DNA of 64,000 nucleotides from Candidatus Binatia bacterium (GTDB lineage Bacteria > Desulfobacterota > Binatia > Bin18). Both the position numbers and the translations under genes were made by a program. The notes under the pieces were generated by a model. The model made no database searches. It saw nothing but the letters and a program-made list of their open reading frames with translations, and was not told where the DNA came from. Shown here piece by piece: positions 62,926-64,000 of this stretch. Position 1 is the first letter of the stretch; the number at the start of each line of letters is the position of its first letter. The stretch is from NCBI GenBank assembly GCA_963666315.2, contig CAXXHG010000014.1, positions 138,047-202,046 of the forward strand. Reading direction: 5' to 3'.

Positions 62926-63729
62926 CTACTCGCGATGCTTGCCCAAAAAATTCAAAATCGCCTCTCTCGACTGCGCCGGCTGCTCTACCCAAAAGACATG
63001 GCCTGCCTGTTCTAGGACCACGAGTTCGGACTCAGCAATATTGTCGGCCAAGAGTTGTGAGTTCTCCCAGGCAATCAGGGCGTCGTCCTTGCCCGTAATG
63101 ACCAGTGTGGGACAGGCAATCTGCGCTAGACGATCATACGTATCATGTGCATAAGCGGCTTGCATTCTGTGGACAAAGCCTCTGAGGTCAAGCGGTTGTT
63201 TACGCCGGGCTTCGATCAGCGCGGGGATAAGCTCCGGGTACTGTTGAATATAGCCTTGGGTAAATGCTGTCTCAGCCAGTGCCCGGCCTCGTTCTTCTGC
63301 GGAGAGTTCTTCGGTTGAGTGGGAACTCTGTATGGCCTCGCCTTCCAAGCTGATCGCTTTTGGTCCTCCAGGAGTCGTGCAGCCCAGCACCAGAGACCGG
63401 ACGTGCGTAGCATGCCGAATGGCCAGCTCTTGGGCGATCATCCCGCCCATTGAGACCCCATAAACATGTGCAGACGAGAAGCCAACGTGGTCCATGAGTG
63501 CGACGGTATCATCGGCGATCATACCCATGGTGTATTCCACGTCGGGTTTTTCACTTTGGCCTGAGCCGCGTTGATCGAAAGTGAGAACCTCAAATTGATC
63601 CGTAAAATCTGGGAGCATGCCACTAAAGATGCTGCGGTCGCTTTGTGCGCCGTGAATGAGCACGAGCGGTTCACCCGTCCCGTGGATCTCATACACCAAT
63701 TCAACTCCATTCACCTGTGCACGTTGCAT
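62926..63729 (-). CDS. Alpha/beta hydrolase
   Basis: FDQRGSG, GVSMGG and AGHVF motifs. Confidence 0.9.
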   Translation of the reverse strand: MQRAQVNGVELVYEIHGTGEPLVLIHGAQSDRSIFSGMLPDFTDQFEVLTFDQRGSGQSEKPDVEYTMGMIADDTVALMDHVGFSSAHVYGVSMGGMIAQELAIRHATHVRSLVLGCTTPGGPKAISLEGEAIQSSHSTEELSAEERGRALAETAFTQGYIQQYPELIPALIEARRKQPLDLRGFVHRMQAAYAHDTYDRLAQIACPTLVITGKDDALIAWENSQLLADNIAESELVVLEQAGHVFWVEQPAQSREAILNFLGKHRE

Positions 63730-63738
63730 ACTCCCCTC

Positions 63739-64000
63739 CTACGTTGCATGTGGCAAAAGTGTCGGCTTTCTCAAAAAAAACAGCAAGATCACCCCAAGGA
63801 AATTCAATCCCGCACTCAGCATAAACGCTATCTCATAATTGCCATAGACGTCGTACAGATAACCGGCAACCGCGGGACCGAAAGCGGCCGTTGAGCCCGC
63901 CACGCCAAAAATAAGCCCGACGATGGCGCCCACTGCAATACGACCGAAAAAGTCTCCAATGATGGCCGGAAAGAGCGCCGTTGTGCCACCATAGGAAGCC
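63739..64000 (-). CDS. MFS transporter, C-terminal part (runs off the window edge)
   Basis: LFPAIIGDFFGR..GAIVG...GPAVAGYLYDVYGNY pattern. Confidence 0.8.
   Translation of the reverse strand, partial: ASYGGTTALFPAIIGDFFGRIAVGAIVGLIFGVAGSTAAFGPAVAGYLYDVYGNYEIAFMLSAGLNFLGVILLFFLRKPTLLPHAT

Overview
A 64-kb bacterial window, gene-dense and moderately GC-rich. Its content (several LLM/F420-type oxidoreductases, acyl-CoA dehydrogenases, a CoA transferase, many alpha/beta hydrolases, a dprA-topA-trmFO operon, argS, a UvrD-like helicase, ftsH and a type IV minor-pilin cluster) resembles an uncultured deltaproteobacteria-like lineage such as Binatia; that assignment is inference only. The strongest unexpected signal is a two-domain rhodanese/sulfurtransferase (24350-25171) whose catalytic Cys codon is an in-frame TGA followed by a SECIS-like hairpin, so it is very probably a selenoprotein that the ORF track truncates. 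Second is a 2.4-kb islet of small detox-type genes bracketed by two 156-bp palindromic direct repeats and containing three copies of a 10-12-10 inverted-repeat motif. Third is a decayed accessory/defence islet at about 48.4-53.2 kb (stop-interrupted SLATT-like effector, DNA-methylase C-terminal relic, IS5 relic, orphan DUF2442). Several genes carry single 1-2 nt indels in homopolymer or dinucleotide runs, consistent with long-read consensus error, so frameshift-based pseudogene calls are tentative. No rRNA, tRNA or CRISPR array was recognised. All family assignments come from motif recognition by eye, not from database searches.
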